This document shows positions 1 to 10,078 of a DNA stretch of 64,000 bases, piece by piece. A program made the translations under genes and the position numbers. The stretch is from an uncultured Planctomycetota bacterium (GTDB lineage Bacteria > Planctomycetota > Planctomycetia > Isosphaerales > Isosphaeraceae). Each line of letters starts with the position of its first letter. Within the stretch, counting starts at the first letter, position 1. The stretch covers positions 2,848,001 to 2,912,000 of the forward strand of contig CAVTTN010000002.1 in NCBI GenBank assembly GCA_963737655.1, read 5' to 3'. The notes beneath the pieces are model-generated. The model saw only the letters and a program-made list of their open reading frames with translations. It was not told the DNA's origin and did not search any database.

Positions 1-894
1 TTTGAAGGAGTCGTTCCCGACGCCCCGGACCATCGCCATGTCCAGCTTGATGAAATCCGGGCGGATCTGGTGCAGGAGATTGAGCGACCCGTACCCCGAT
101 CCCAGGTCGTCCAGGGCGACGCGGAAGCCGGACCGGCGGTAGGTCTCGGCGATCCGGACAAGGTGAGGGATGTCGGCGATGTGATCGCTCTCGACGATCT
201 CGAAGACGATCTGTTGGGGGCAGAGACCCACGGCGGAAGCGGCGGCGAAGGTGCTCCGCAAGCAATAGGCCGGGTCGTACACCGACGTCGGGTTGAAGTT
301 GATGAACAGGGCCGAATCTTCGCCCAGTCCCAGGCCCTTCGCCTCGCGGATGGCCGTGAGTCGGGCCGCGCGGTCGAGCTGGAACAGGAGGTCGGCATCG
401 CGAGCGGCGGCGTACAGGTCCCCGGGGGGGATCAACGAGCCGTCGGCCGACACGCCTCGAAGGAGGCACTCGTGGGCCAAGACGCGCCCCGGGTCGTCGG
501 CGAAGACGATCGGCTGGAAGTGAGTGGTCAGGCGGTCCTCGCGGAGGGCCTCCAGCAGCCAGTCGCTTCGGAAGAGGGCCAGGAGGGTCTTGAGCGAGAC
601 GACGTCGGCCAGGTCGGCGACGGCCAGGCCCCCTCCCTCGGGGCGGATCATCGCCCTCGTCTCGCGGAGCTCGGTCGGGGACAGAGCCTCGTCCAGGCCC
701 TCCAGGGCCCGGACTCCCTCCGGCCCCAGGGACGTGGCGAGCACGCCGGGCCCGACTTCCTCGAACCCCAGCCCCCGGTCGTCCAGGAACCGGGCCAGTG
801 TCGCCTGGGTGTGGGCCAGCGGGGGCATTATGTAGAGAACGCCCGACCGGGATGGAGGGCTTGGGATCACCTGACAACGGATGCACGAACGCAC
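1..894 (-). CDS. EAL-domain c-di-GMP phosphodiesterase (3' end runs off the window)
   Basis: Manual minus-strand translation from GTG at 894 (GGAGGTGA SD upstream) starts MRSCIRCQVIP and ends VALDDLGSGYGSLNLLHQIRPDFIKLDMAMVRGV at the window edge, the EAL-domain DDFGxGY / PDxIKxD region. Not in the ORF track because it has no stop in the window. Confidence 0.88.
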   Translation of the reverse strand, partial: MRSCIRCQVIPSPPSRSGVLYIMPPLAHTQATLARFLDDRGLGFEEVGPGVLATSLGPEGVRALEGLDEALSPTELRETRAMIRPEGGGLAVADLADVVSLKTLLALFRSDWLLEALREDRLTTHFQPIVFADDPGRVLAHECLLRGVSADGSLIPPGDLYAAARDADLLFQLDRAARLTAIREAKGLGLGEDSALFINFNPTSVYDPAYCLRSTFAAASAVGLCPQQIVFEIVESDHIADIPHLVRIAETYRRSGFRVALDDLGSGYGSLNLLHQIRPDFIKLDMAMVRGVGNDSFK

Positions 895-1326
895 GATTCA
901 CCTCCATTTGGGGGGCCGGTGCAAGCGATCCCTGCGATCAAAGTAGCTCATCTTCCGACCGGAAACCCGAGCCAGCCTGGAAGCGTCTCACGGGGCCAGG
1001 AGGTCCGGGGTCCGCTCGACGGCTTGGAACTCGCGGCGAGCGAGGAGACCGCGGGGGGGCGAGACCGGCGGATGGCGTGACGATCTGGAACAGATACTCA
1101 GGCGGCACGGATTCCCGGGCCCGATCAAGCGGATTGTCGATAAGTCCGATACAAGCATCGGAAGATCCGCTCCGGCCGCCCTAGCAGGGAGTTCCCGGGC
1201 GCGGAGGGCCGCGTCGGCGATGGCCGCGGCGAGGGTCGCGACAGCCGGCAAGCGATCGGTCAGGACGGGCGAGGCCGCCTTGCGGGCTCGGTCCGGGTCC
1301 GCCCTTAAGGATTATGGAGTCGAAAG

Positions 1327-3711
1327 ATGAAGGATCGAGTCCCGAAGCACTCTACGTCGTCCGGCAGCCGTCGAGTCCGAAGGCGTCATCAGCCGCTGTG
1401 CGAGGCCGTCGAGGCCCGGATGCTGCTCACGGTCTTCACGGTGAACACGCTCGATCAGTTCGGCGACGGCTCGACGACGATGTCGCTCTACGACGCGATC
1501 GAGGCTTCGAACTTCGACACCGCCGGCCCGAACGTGATCGACTTTGCCCTGCCGGGTTCGGGTGTCCAGACGATCAAGCCCACGTTCCCCCTGCCGAAGA
1601 TCACCCAGCCGGTGACCATCGACGGCTATTCCCAGCCGGGATCGGTCCCGAACACGGCGGCCCAGGGAGATAATGCGACTCCCTTGATCGTGATCGACGG
1701 CTCGGGTCTCAGCAACCCCACCATGGCCAGCGGGTTGGATGTCCAGGCCGACAACACGACGATCCGCGGCCTGGTGATCGACAATTTCGCCACCTATGGC
1801 GTGGGCTTCGTCGGGACGAACGATCACCTGGAAGGCAGCTTCGTCGGGGTCGATCCGACCGGCAAGATCGCCGCGCCCAACGGCCTGGGCGTGGGGATCT
1901 TCGGCGGCTCGGGGGTCGTCGGCGGCGCCACTCCGGCGGCCCGCAACGTGATCTCGGGCAACCTCGTCGGCGTTGGCGTCGCCAGCCTGGCCATCGACAG
2001 CAGCACGTCGATGCTGACCGCCACGCCGGGCGACCTCGTCCAGAACAACCTGATCGGCACCGACTCGACCGGCTCCGGCGACCTGGGCAACGGTTTCGCG
2101 GGCGTCCTCGTCGGCGGGTCGAACAACATCATCGGGGGCACCGCGGCCAACCAGTCGAACGTGATCGACTTCAACGGCAAGGCGGGCGCGGCCCTGAACC
2201 TCGGGGCGGGCGTGGCTGTGGTCGCGCTCTCGCCCGACGCCAAGTCGTCGGTCAGCCTGGCCAGCACGGGCGACCTCATCAGCGGTAATTCCATCTATGC
2301 GAATCAGGGACAGGGCATCGGCTTCGTGAATGTGCCGACCTCGACGCTCGAGCCGGTCCTGAACAATGCGTCGGGAGTGAACTATCCGGCGGTGATCACC
2401 GGCCTCCTGAGCCATCTTAACCTCGGCGTCTCGCCGAACGTCCACCTCCGGCCGGCAGGCGGCCCGAATAACCTCTTGAACTACCCGTCGCTGACCTCCG
2501 CGACCACCTCCGCGGGCGTGACGACGATCCTCGGCACCCTGGACGAAGCGCCGAAGACCGCCTACACGATCCAGTACTTCTCCAGCCCGATGGCCGGCTC
2601 CAACGGCTTCGGCCAGGGCCAGACCCTGCTGGGCCAGGCCTCGGTGACGACCGGCGCCGACGGCACGGCGTCCCTGAGCTTCTCGCCGACGGCCGCCCTG
2701 GCCAAGGGCCTGTCGATCTCGGCCGTGGCGATCGACCCGGCCGGCAACACCTCGCAGTTCTCCAACGCCGTGAGCGTCGTCAGTCCGGTGCCCCCGGCCC
2801 TGGTGGCCATCCCCGATCAGACCATCCCCGAGGGCGGAACGGTCTCGCTGACGGCCCTCGGCGCCGACGCCGACCCGACGGCGAAGCTCGTCTATTCGGC
2901 GAGTGTCGGGACGATCAACCCGACCACCGGGGCCTTCACGTACACCGCCCCGGCCGGGCCTGCCCTGACGCCGGTGACGATTACCGTGACCGACTCGACC
3001 AACCCCACGCTCTCGGCGTCGAAGACGTTCACGATCCACGTCCTCGACGTGGCGCCGACGGTCTCGGCCGGGGCCGACGCCTCCCTGCAAGCCGGCGGGA
3101 TGCTTTCGAGGACCGGCTCGTTCACCGACCCCGGGATTCAGACCTTCTCGGCCACCGTCAACTACGGAGACAATTCCGGGACGGTGCCCCTAGCCCTGAA
3201 CGCCGACAAGACGTTCACCCTGAACCACACCTACTCCACGTCGGGGACGTTCAAGGTGCTGGTCTCCGTGACCGACAGCGGTGGGTCGGCCGGCTCGGCC
3301 GCGTTCCAGGCTGTGGTCATCCCCAAGCCTCTGCAAATCACCGCCCCGGTGGCCGCGCCCATCAGCAAGGGCGCGTTGAAGCAGGTCGTGATCTCGTTCG
3401 GGGCGCCGGTGACCGGGGCGGCTACGCCCTCGAACTACCACCTCGCCCTGCTGACGACCAAGCGGGTTCGCGGCAAGATCGTCACCAACAACAAGCCGGT
3501 CACCATCAAGAGCGTCCAGTACGACAGCACGGCCGACACCGTCGCGGTGATCCCGGGCAAGAAGATCCCGGCGAAGATGACCGCCCAGTTGACCGTCAAC
3601 GCCTCGGGAATCCTCGACGCGTCCGGCCAACCGATCGACGGCAACCACGACGGCATCCCGGGTGGCAACCTGGTGATCAAGATCCAGAAGGGTGTCGCGA
3701 CGGTGCAGTGA
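1327..3711 (+). CDS. Secreted/surface beta-helix repeat protein with planctomycete LExR N-terminal motif, Ig/PKD-like domains and a C-terminal DGNxDG domain
   Basis: N-terminus RRRHQPLCEAVEARMLL; beta-helix repeats (RNVISGN, NLIGTD); GNTSQFS motif; PKD-like SATVNYGD..HTYSTSGTFKVLVSVTD; C-terminal IDGNHDGIPGGN. Confidence 0.8.
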   Translation: MKDRVPKHSTSSGSRRVRRRHQPLCEAVEARMLLTVFTVNTLDQFGDGSTTMSLYDAIEASNFDTAGPNVIDFALPGSGVQTIKPTFPLPKITQPVTIDGYSQPGSVPNTAAQGDNATPLIVIDGSGLSNPTMASGLDVQADNTTIRGLVIDNFATYGVGFVGTNDHLEGSFVGVDPTGKIAAPNGLGVGIFGGSGVVGGATPAARNVISGNLVGVGVASLAIDSSTSMLTATPGDLVQNNLIGTDSTGSGDLGNGFAGVLVGGSNNIIGGTAANQSNVIDFNGKAGAALNLGAGVAVVALSPDAKSSVSLASTGDLISGNSIYANQGQGIGFVNVPTSTLEPVLNNASGVNYPAVITGLLSHLNLGVSPNVHLRPAGGPNNLLNYPSLTSATTSAGVTTILGTLDEAPKTAYTIQYFSSPMAGSNGFGQGQTLLGQASVTTGADGTASLSFSPTAALAKGLSISAVAIDPAGNTSQFSNAVSVVSPVPPALVAIPDQTIPEGGTVSLTALGADADPTAKLVYSASVGTINPTTGAFTYTAPAGPALTPVTITVTDSTNPTLSASKTFTIHVLDVAPTVSAGADASLQAGGMLSRTGSFTDPGIQTFSATVNYGDNSGTVPLALNADKTFTLNHTYSTSGTFKVLVSVTDSGGSAGSAAFQAVVIPKPLQITAPVAAPISKGALKQVVISFGAPVTGAATPSNYHLALLTTKRVRGKIVTNNKPVTIKSVQYDSTADTVAVIPGKKIPAKMTAQLTVNASGILDASGQPIDGNHDGIPGGNLVIKIQKGVATVQ

Positions 3712-3752
3712 CCGTCCCGGAGACCGATCGACCGAACGAACCGACCCGTCCA

Positions 3753-3776
3753 CCCCGATCTCGGCCGAGATCGGGG
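3753..3776. repeat. Perfect 24-bp palindrome between the tandem surface-protein genes
   Basis: ccccgatctcggccgagatcgggg equals its own reverse complement. Confidence 0.7.
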
Positions 3777-3965
3777 AGGGCGGGGCGTTCGCGCCCTTCG
3801 CTCAGCGACTTCGACGACCGATGCAAGACCGCCCCAATCCTCGCGACGGAGTCGCGCCGGGGCACTCTGCGACCGTTCGCCCAAGGAGGAGACAATGCGC
3901 GGACGATCGGCGGACCCTGACCGAATGGGGAGGGGTCCTCGTCCCCGGGGTGCCCGTCCTCCAGG

Positions 3966-6428
3966 ATGTTCGGGAGACTCAGGGCCGAGGGCGGGGCAGC
4001 CAGGACGCGGTTCCGGCCATCGTGCGAGGCGGTCGAGTCGCGCCTCCTGCTTTCCACGTTCGCCGTCACCAACGCGAACAGCTCCGGTGACGGCTCGCTC
4101 CGCCGGGCGATCGTCGAGGCCAATGCCGCGGGCGGCTCCAACACCATCGTCTTCAACATCCCCGGCACGGGCGTCCAGGTCATCCGGCCGATCACCCCCC
4201 TGCCCACGATCAAGACGCCGATCGTGATCGACGGCTTTTCGCAGCCCGGTTCGAGCCCGAACACGGCCCAGACCGGGGAGGATGCCGTCCTCGCCGTCGC
4301 CATCGACGGCTCGGGGCTGACCGATCCCACCGCGGGGATCGGGCTGGAGATCGAGGCCGATGATTCGACGGTCCGGGGGCTGGCGATCGGCGGATTCCGC
4401 GCCGCCGGAGTCGTCTTCGTGGGTTCGAATGATCATCTGGAGGGCAGTTTCGTCGGGATCGACCCGACGGGCCACGTCGCGAACCCCAACGGCCTGGGCG
4501 TGGGCGTCTTCGGCGGCAGCGGCGTGATCGGCGGGCCGGACCTGGCCGCCCGCAACGTGATTTCGGGCAATGCGGTGGGCGTGGGGATCGCGAGCCTCTC
4601 GCTCGGAGGGTCGTCCCTGCTGGCCTCGGCGCCGGGCGGCCTGATCGCGAACAATTTGATCGGTACGGACGCCTCGGGCTCGGCCAACGCCGGCAACACG
4701 GTGGCTGGAGTCGCGGTCATCGGCTCGGGCAACAGCGTGGGGGGGACGGCGGCCAACCTGCCGAACGTGATCGCCTTCAACGGCCAGGCCGGAGCCGGCG
4801 TGGTCGTCGCCGCCCTTCAGGCCGGCGGAGGCTCGCCGATCAGCCTGAGCAGCACCGGCGACCTCATCAGCGGCAATTCGATGTTCGCGAACCGGAACCT
4901 CGGGATCGGCCTGCTCAACGTCTCATCGTCGGCCGTGTTGCCCCTGCTGAGCACCTCGTCGGCCGACCTCCCGGCCGCGATCGCCGGCCTCCTGGGCAGC
5001 CTGGACCTCGGCGTCCTGCCCAACGTCCATTTTCGGACCTCGGGCGAGGGGCCGAACAACCTGCTGAACTATCCCGATCTGGCGTCCGCCTCGACCTCCG
5101 GCGGCGTGACGACGGTCCTCGGGACGGTGGACGGTGCTCCGAACACGGCGTATCGGCTCGAATTCTTCACCAGCCCGTCCCCCGATCCCACCGGTTACGG
5201 TGAGGGTCAGACGTATCTCGGCTCCGCCTCGGTCACGACCGACGCGAAGGGCTACGGGCCGATCCGCTTCACCTCGCCGATGCTCGTCCCGTCAGGGCAG
5301 GTCATCGCCTCGACGGCCATTGATCCGAATAATAACACGTCGGAATTTTCGAATGCCGTTCGGGTGACGTCCCCTGCGGACGAGCCGACGCCTGCCTCGC
5401 CGACCGCGACGGTCGTTTCCTCGCCGGGCACCGCAACGCCGTCGCCGACCCCGATCGTTCCCGAGGTGCCTCCTCATGTCGTCGGGGTCTCACGACTCGG
5501 GGGGCGCCGATCGTCGGGTTCGGTCGTCTTGACGTTCGACGCCCCGCTCGACCCGGCCCGGGCGGACGACCTCGCGAATTATGGGCTGGATCGTGCGGGT
5601 CGCGGCTCGCCCACGGCGGTTGCGATCGCCTCCGCCGTCTATGATCCTTCGAACCTGACCGTCACGCTGACCCCCAGGCATCCGCTCGCGGCGATCGGCC
5701 ATTATCAGGTGACGGTTCACGCCTCCAACCCGGGCGTGGCCGATCCGGCGGGCCACGCTCTGGACGGCAATAACGATGGCGTCCCGGGGGGCGATTTCTC
5801 GGCGTCCGTACTCAAGGCGGCACCGCCGAAGCCGCTCGAATCCGCCCCGGTCGCGGCGCCGAAGGGCCCTCACGTCCGCAAGCATTTCGTCGCCCTGATC
5901 GGACGGACGACGAACCTGGTCATCGCCAACAAGAAGAACATCGCTCACATCAGCGGTCATGGCCATCTTGCCAAGTTGGGGCAGATCACGATCAGCAGCG
6001 CGATCGACAGCGAGAGCCAGAAGCCGTTGCTGGCGACGCCCTGGCTCCTTCATGCCGACGTGGTAGTTTCCGGGCCGAAAGGGGACGTGACCGTCCGGAT
6101 CAGCCCGGGGACGCTCGGCGCGAACCCGTTCGCGCAGCCGGTCCACCTCCAGTACACGGTGCTGGGGGGCACGGGCGAGTTCCAGCACGCCGCCGGGACC
6201 GGGCTGGTGGATCTCCGGCTGTATCAGGGCATCCCTTCGACCGCGAGCAAGCTGAAGGCGATGGGCGACCAGCTCAAGACGAAGGGCGTGCCGTTCTCCC
6301 TGACGTTCCATCCCGGGAAGCTGAGCAAGTTCGGCGATTTCTCGAAAGTCTGGTACAAGGTGATCGAGACGGCGGTGAAGAAGGACAAGGCCCCCCCGAC
6401 GAAGAAGCACGCGGCCAGGAAGGGGTGA
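3966..6428 (+). CDS. Secreted/surface beta-helix repeat protein, paralog of 1327..3711 with a different C-terminal half
   Basis: RFRPSCEAVESRLLL motif; GSLRRAIVEAN; shares NDHLEGSFVG, RNVISGN, STGDLISGNS and GPNNLLNYP with the upstream gene; P/T/S linker; LDGNNDGVPGGDF; extra Lys-rich C-terminal domain. Confidence 0.8.
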   Translation: MFGRLRAEGGAARTRFRPSCEAVESRLLLSTFAVTNANSSGDGSLRRAIVEANAAGGSNTIVFNIPGTGVQVIRPITPLPTIKTPIVIDGFSQPGSSPNTAQTGEDAVLAVAIDGSGLTDPTAGIGLEIEADDSTVRGLAIGGFRAAGVVFVGSNDHLEGSFVGIDPTGHVANPNGLGVGVFGGSGVIGGPDLAARNVISGNAVGVGIASLSLGGSSLLASAPGGLIANNLIGTDASGSANAGNTVAGVAVIGSGNSVGGTAANLPNVIAFNGQAGAGVVVAALQAGGGSPISLSSTGDLISGNSMFANRNLGIGLLNVSSSAVLPLLSTSSADLPAAIAGLLGSLDLGVLPNVHFRTSGEGPNNLLNYPDLASASTSGGVTTVLGTVDGAPNTAYRLEFFTSPSPDPTGYGEGQTYLGSASVTTDAKGYGPIRFTSPMLVPSGQVIASTAIDPNNNTSEFSNAVRVTSPADEPTPASPTATVVSSPGTATPSPTPIVPEVPPHVVGVSRLGGRRSSGSVVLTFDAPLDPARADDLANYGLDRAGRGSPTAVAIASAVYDPSNLTVTLTPRHPLAAIGHYQVTVHASNPGVADPAGHALDGNNDGVPGGDFSASVLKAAPPKPLESAPVAAPKGPHVRKHFVALIGRTTNLVIANKKNIAHISGHGHLAKLGQITISSAIDSESQKPLLATPWLLHADVVVSGPKGDVTVRISPGTLGANPFAQPVHLQYTVLGGTGEFQHAAGTGLVDLRLYQGIPSTASKLKAMGDQLKTKGVPFSLTFHPGKLSKFGDFSKVWYKVIETAVKKDKAPPTKKHAARKG

Positions 6429-6668
6429 ACGCGGCCGCGCGATCGCTTCGAGTCCCAGCCGGGACTCTCGCCGTGACTGACGAAGACGAACGCATGCCCC
6501 GCGAGATTCGGGCGACTCCGCGGGTGCGACATCGCCCTTGCTCGATTCCGGGGTTCCTGGTAGAAGCCCCTCCGGACCGATCCCCTCGGGGCGAGCGTGA
6601 GCTCGTCCCGGGAGCGGCAGGGAGGCCCGGGATCGCCCCTCCCTTCAGCCCGGCCGGCGCCCGACCCG

Positions 6669-8981
6669 ATGAAACACTTCCTCCGCCTTGCGCGATTCAC
6701 CTGGCCCTATCGGGTCCGGTTCGCCCTGTCTCTGGGCTGCGCCGTGATGGTCGCGGCCCTCTGGTTCACGAACATCAGCGCGGTCTATCCGCTGCTGAAG
6801 ATCCTGTTTTATAGCCAGAACTGTCAGATCTGGTGCGCCGAGCAGATCGACGCCTACCAGCGAACGATCGAGACGAGGGAAGCCCGGCTCGACGCGATGG
6901 ACGAGGTCGAGTCGGCGGCGCCGCGAGGCGAGGCCGGCCGGTCCGAGATCCGCAGGCTCGGCGAGATCGCCGGCCGACAGATCGCCGAGGCGTCCCACGC
7001 CCTAGACGAGCGGAAGGCCAAGCAGAACGTCCTGGACGAGAAGCCCCTGGGCAAGCCCGGCCGCGAGCCCGACCCCGACGTCGCCCGCCTGACGCGAGCC
7101 AAGAACCTGGCCGAGGCCCGGCTCGACGAGCTCTCGCGATCGGCCGGCCTCCTGATCAACGCCCGGGACACCGCCGCCTTCCGCCATCGGCGCGCCTCTC
7201 TCGAACGCGACCAGGCGAACGACCATACCTGGGTCGATCGCTATCGCTGGCTGATGCCGCGGATCAATCGCTACCTGCCCGACAACGGCTTCCGCACCCT
7301 CCTGCTCCTGATCGGCCTGGTGATGACGGGCGTGGCGGTCAAGGGGCTGTTCCAGTTCATGCAGGAAGTCCTGGTCGCGGACATCACCCAGCTCAGCCTC
7401 TTCGACATCCGCAACCTGTTCTTCCGACGGACCATGGCGCTGGACCTCGCCGCGTTCTCCGACCAGGGCTCGGCCGAGCTGATGTCGCGGTTCACCAGCG
7501 ACATGGACTCGATCGCCCAGGGCTTCAACACCGTCATGAGCAAGGTCGTCCGCGAGCCCCTGCGGATCGTGACCTGCCTGGGCGGCGCGCTATGGTTCAA
7601 CTGGCGGCTGACCTGCCTGGCGCTCGTCCTGGTGCCGGTTTCGGCCTACACGACGATGAGGGCCGGCAAGATCCTCAAGAAGGCCATGCGCCGGTCCCTC
7701 GAAAGCATGTCCAACATCTACAAGATCCTCCAGGAGAGCTTCCAGGGGATCAAGGTCGTCAAGGCGTTCACGATGGAACGCTACGAGCGCCGACGCTTCT
7801 TCCTGGAGACCAAGAGCCTCTACAAGAAGAGCCTCCGGGTCGCCAAGATCGACGCGCTTTCCGACCCGGTCCTGGAGATCCTCGCGCTGACGACGGTGAC
7901 GATCGCCCTGCTCGCGGGGTCCTACCTCGTCCTGGAGAAGACGACGTTCCTCAACCTCGGCCTGTTCAAGCTCCAGCTCGCTTCCAAGCCGATGGAGATC
8001 GAGGACCTGTTGACGCTTTACGCGATGCTCGCGGGGATTTCCGACCCCATCCGCAAGCTCGCCAACGTCCACTCGAAGATCCAGAGGGCCGCCGCCGCCG
8101 CCGACCGCATCTGCGCCCTGATGGATCGATCCCCCGAGGTCAGGGACCGCCCCGGTGCGCCGAGGCTCGCCCGCCTGAAGATCCGCCCGACGGCCGTTTT
8201 CCCGCCCGCGGGGTCCGAAGCCGGCGAGCCTCCGGCGATCCGTCCGGCCCTGATCGAGTTCGACCAGGTCGGTTTCGCCTACAACGGCCGAGAGCCGGTC
8301 CTGCGAGGGCTCGACCTGTCGGTTCGCCTGGGCGAGACGGTCGCCCTCGTCGGCCCCAACGGGTGCGGCAAGAGCACCCTGATGAATCTGCTCCCGCGGT
8401 TCTGGGACGTCCAGAGCGGCGCGATCCGGATCGACGGCCACGACGTTCGCGACGTCCAGATCCGCAGTCTCCGGGGCCAAATCGCCTACGTGACCCAGGA
8501 GACGATCCTCTTCGAAGGGACGATCGCCGAGAACATCGCCTACGGGACCCGACACGCCACCCGCGAGCAGATCGAGGCCGCGGCCCGGCGGTCGTATGCC
8601 CACTCGTTCATCACCGCGCTGCCCGGAGGCTACGACAGCGTGATCGGCGAGCGCGGGATGAGCCTCTCGGGAGGCCAGAGGCAGAGGATCGCCCTGGCCC
8701 GTGCCATGCTCCGCGACCCGGCCATCCTGATCCTCGACGAGGCTACCAGTGCCGTCGATATCCAGGACGAGGCCCTGATCCGCAAGGCGATCGAGGAGTT
8801 CTCCCGGGGGCGGACCACGTTCCTGATCACCCACAGCCTCGGCTCTCTGCAATTCGCCGACCGGATCGTCCTGATGAACGCCGGCAGGGTCGAGGCCGTG
8901 GGGACCGACGCCGAATTGCGACGAACCTCGCCGCTCTACCGCAAGCTCCACGAGATCCATTTCCAGAGGGAGAGCGCCTGA
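6669..8981 (+). CDS. ABC exporter, fused TMD-NBD (MsbA-like)
   Basis: Start MKHFLRLARF at 6669; several TM helices; Walker A GPNGCGKST; signature LSGGQRQR; Walker B ILILDEATS; lies beside an LPS-core cluster. Confidence 0.9.
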   Translation: MKHFLRLARFTWPYRVRFALSLGCAVMVAALWFTNISAVYPLLKILFYSQNCQIWCAEQIDAYQRTIETREARLDAMDEVESAAPRGEAGRSEIRRLGEIAGRQIAEASHALDERKAKQNVLDEKPLGKPGREPDPDVARLTRAKNLAEARLDELSRSAGLLINARDTAAFRHRRASLERDQANDHTWVDRYRWLMPRINRYLPDNGFRTLLLLIGLVMTGVAVKGLFQFMQEVLVADITQLSLFDIRNLFFRRTMALDLAAFSDQGSAELMSRFTSDMDSIAQGFNTVMSKVVREPLRIVTCLGGALWFNWRLTCLALVLVPVSAYTTMRAGKILKKAMRRSLESMSNIYKILQESFQGIKVVKAFTMERYERRRFFLETKSLYKKSLRVAKIDALSDPVLEILALTTVTIALLAGSYLVLEKTTFLNLGLFKLQLASKPMEIEDLLTLYAMLAGISDPIRKLANVHSKIQRAAAAADRICALMDRSPEVRDRPGAPRLARLKIRPTAVFPPAGSEAGEPPAIRPALIEFDQVGFAYNGREPVLRGLDLSVRLGETVALVGPNGCGKSTLMNLLPRFWDVQSGAIRIDGHDVRDVQIRSLRGQIAYVTQETILFEGTIAENIAYGTRHATREQIEAAARRSYAHSFITALPGGYDSVIGERGMSLSGGQRQRIALARAMLRDPAILILDEATSAVDIQDEALIRKAIEEFSRGRTTFLITHSLGSLQFADRIVLMNAGRVEAVGTDAELRRTSPLYRKLHEIHFQRESA

Positions 8982-9072
8982 ATTTCGCGGCCGGTCCACT
9001 TGTCGCCCGCATCGTCGCGCCTAGGACGTACCTAGGTCCGAGACGCGACCCGGGCGCGAGGAGGCGACAGAC

Positions 9073-10059
9073 ATGTGGACCCTAGCCAGGTGGAAGTCGG
9101 AGAGACGTGTTGATCACGTGAAGATAGGGCCCTTCAATCCTCGCTATCGGGGCCGGCCGGACCTGGACCTCAAAGCCTTGGACGAACCGGTCGGGCGTTA
9201 CGAGAGGGCGAACAACTTCCAGGACCGGATTTCCGCCCTCGGCGAGATCATCGCAAAGACGGCCGGCTACACCGCCGCAGACCACGCCCAGAACACCTAT
9301 GCGCCGGTCAATGACCTGGCGCAGGAGGCTGGGGTCGAACTCCAGCAGAAGCTCGAAGGCACGTCCATCCCGTATAACGCCATGTCGGAGGCGCTCAAGG
9401 GCAGCCCCGGTGAGCTGCCCCCGATGAAGGTCGTGCTCAAGACCTACGCGCTGTGCGTAGTCGGCGCCGAGGCGGGACCGATCCCCGATTTGGACGATTT
9501 GATCGACGAGCACGTCGAGCAGGCGAATGCCGTGTTCAATCAGAACGGGGCGTCGCTGACGATCCTCCGAGGCACGCCTCGGGCGGAGGTGATCAGTTGT
9601 ATCAAGAAGGAGGATGGAGATACGGCCGACAATTCGTTCCTCAACGCGTCCAGCCTCCCGGGCTACTTCAAGAAGGGCCTCTTCGGCGACCTCGGGCGGG
9701 CGAACCTGGCCAGGTACTTCAACGCCACCCCCGCCCTCTTCAAGAATTCGGTCGAGGTCGTCTACGTCCCCGAGTTCGACCAGGACGATGTCCAGGGCGT
9801 GACGACCCGCCCGTCCACCAAGGACGTCAAGGTCAAGCCGCAGCGTCCCTTCGTCGCGATCAACCGGACCATGAAGAGCGGGACGACCTACCCCTCGACC
9901 CTCGTCCACGAGCTCGTCCATGCGCTGATCGACAATGGCGACCATTCCTCGGACGAGGACAACCTGATGGCCGAGGGTTCGAAGCGGAACGGGAAGAATG
10001 CCCTCACGTTTGGACAGATCTGCGCCTTGAGGAGCAATCCCACGGCCTCGGCCGATTGA
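9073..10059 (+). CDS. Hypothetical zinc metalloprotease-like protein (metzincin-like)
   Basis: GAGGAGG SD; C-terminal TLVHELVHALIDNGDHSSDEDNLM gives HExxH, a third His and a Met-turn-like residue. Confidence 0.7.
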   Translation: MWTLARWKSERRVDHVKIGPFNPRYRGRPDLDLKALDEPVGRYERANNFQDRISALGEIIAKTAGYTAADHAQNTYAPVNDLAQEAGVELQQKLEGTSIPYNAMSEALKGSPGELPPMKVVLKTYALCVVGAEAGPIPDLDDLIDEHVEQANAVFNQNGASLTILRGTPRAEVISCIKKEDGDTADNSFLNASSLPGYFKKGLFGDLGRANLARYFNATPALFKNSVEVVYVPEFDQDDVQGVTTRPSTKDVKVKPQRPFVAINRTMKSGTTYPSTLVHELVHALIDNGDHSSDEDNLMAEGSKRNGKNALTFGQICALRSNPTASAD

Positions 10060-10078
10060 TCGGCGCCCGCCCTCCGGA

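Noticed and set aside
988..1251. 87-aa ORF in the divergent intergenic region
   Set aside because: TTG start, no clear SD, no motif; more likely promoter DNA.
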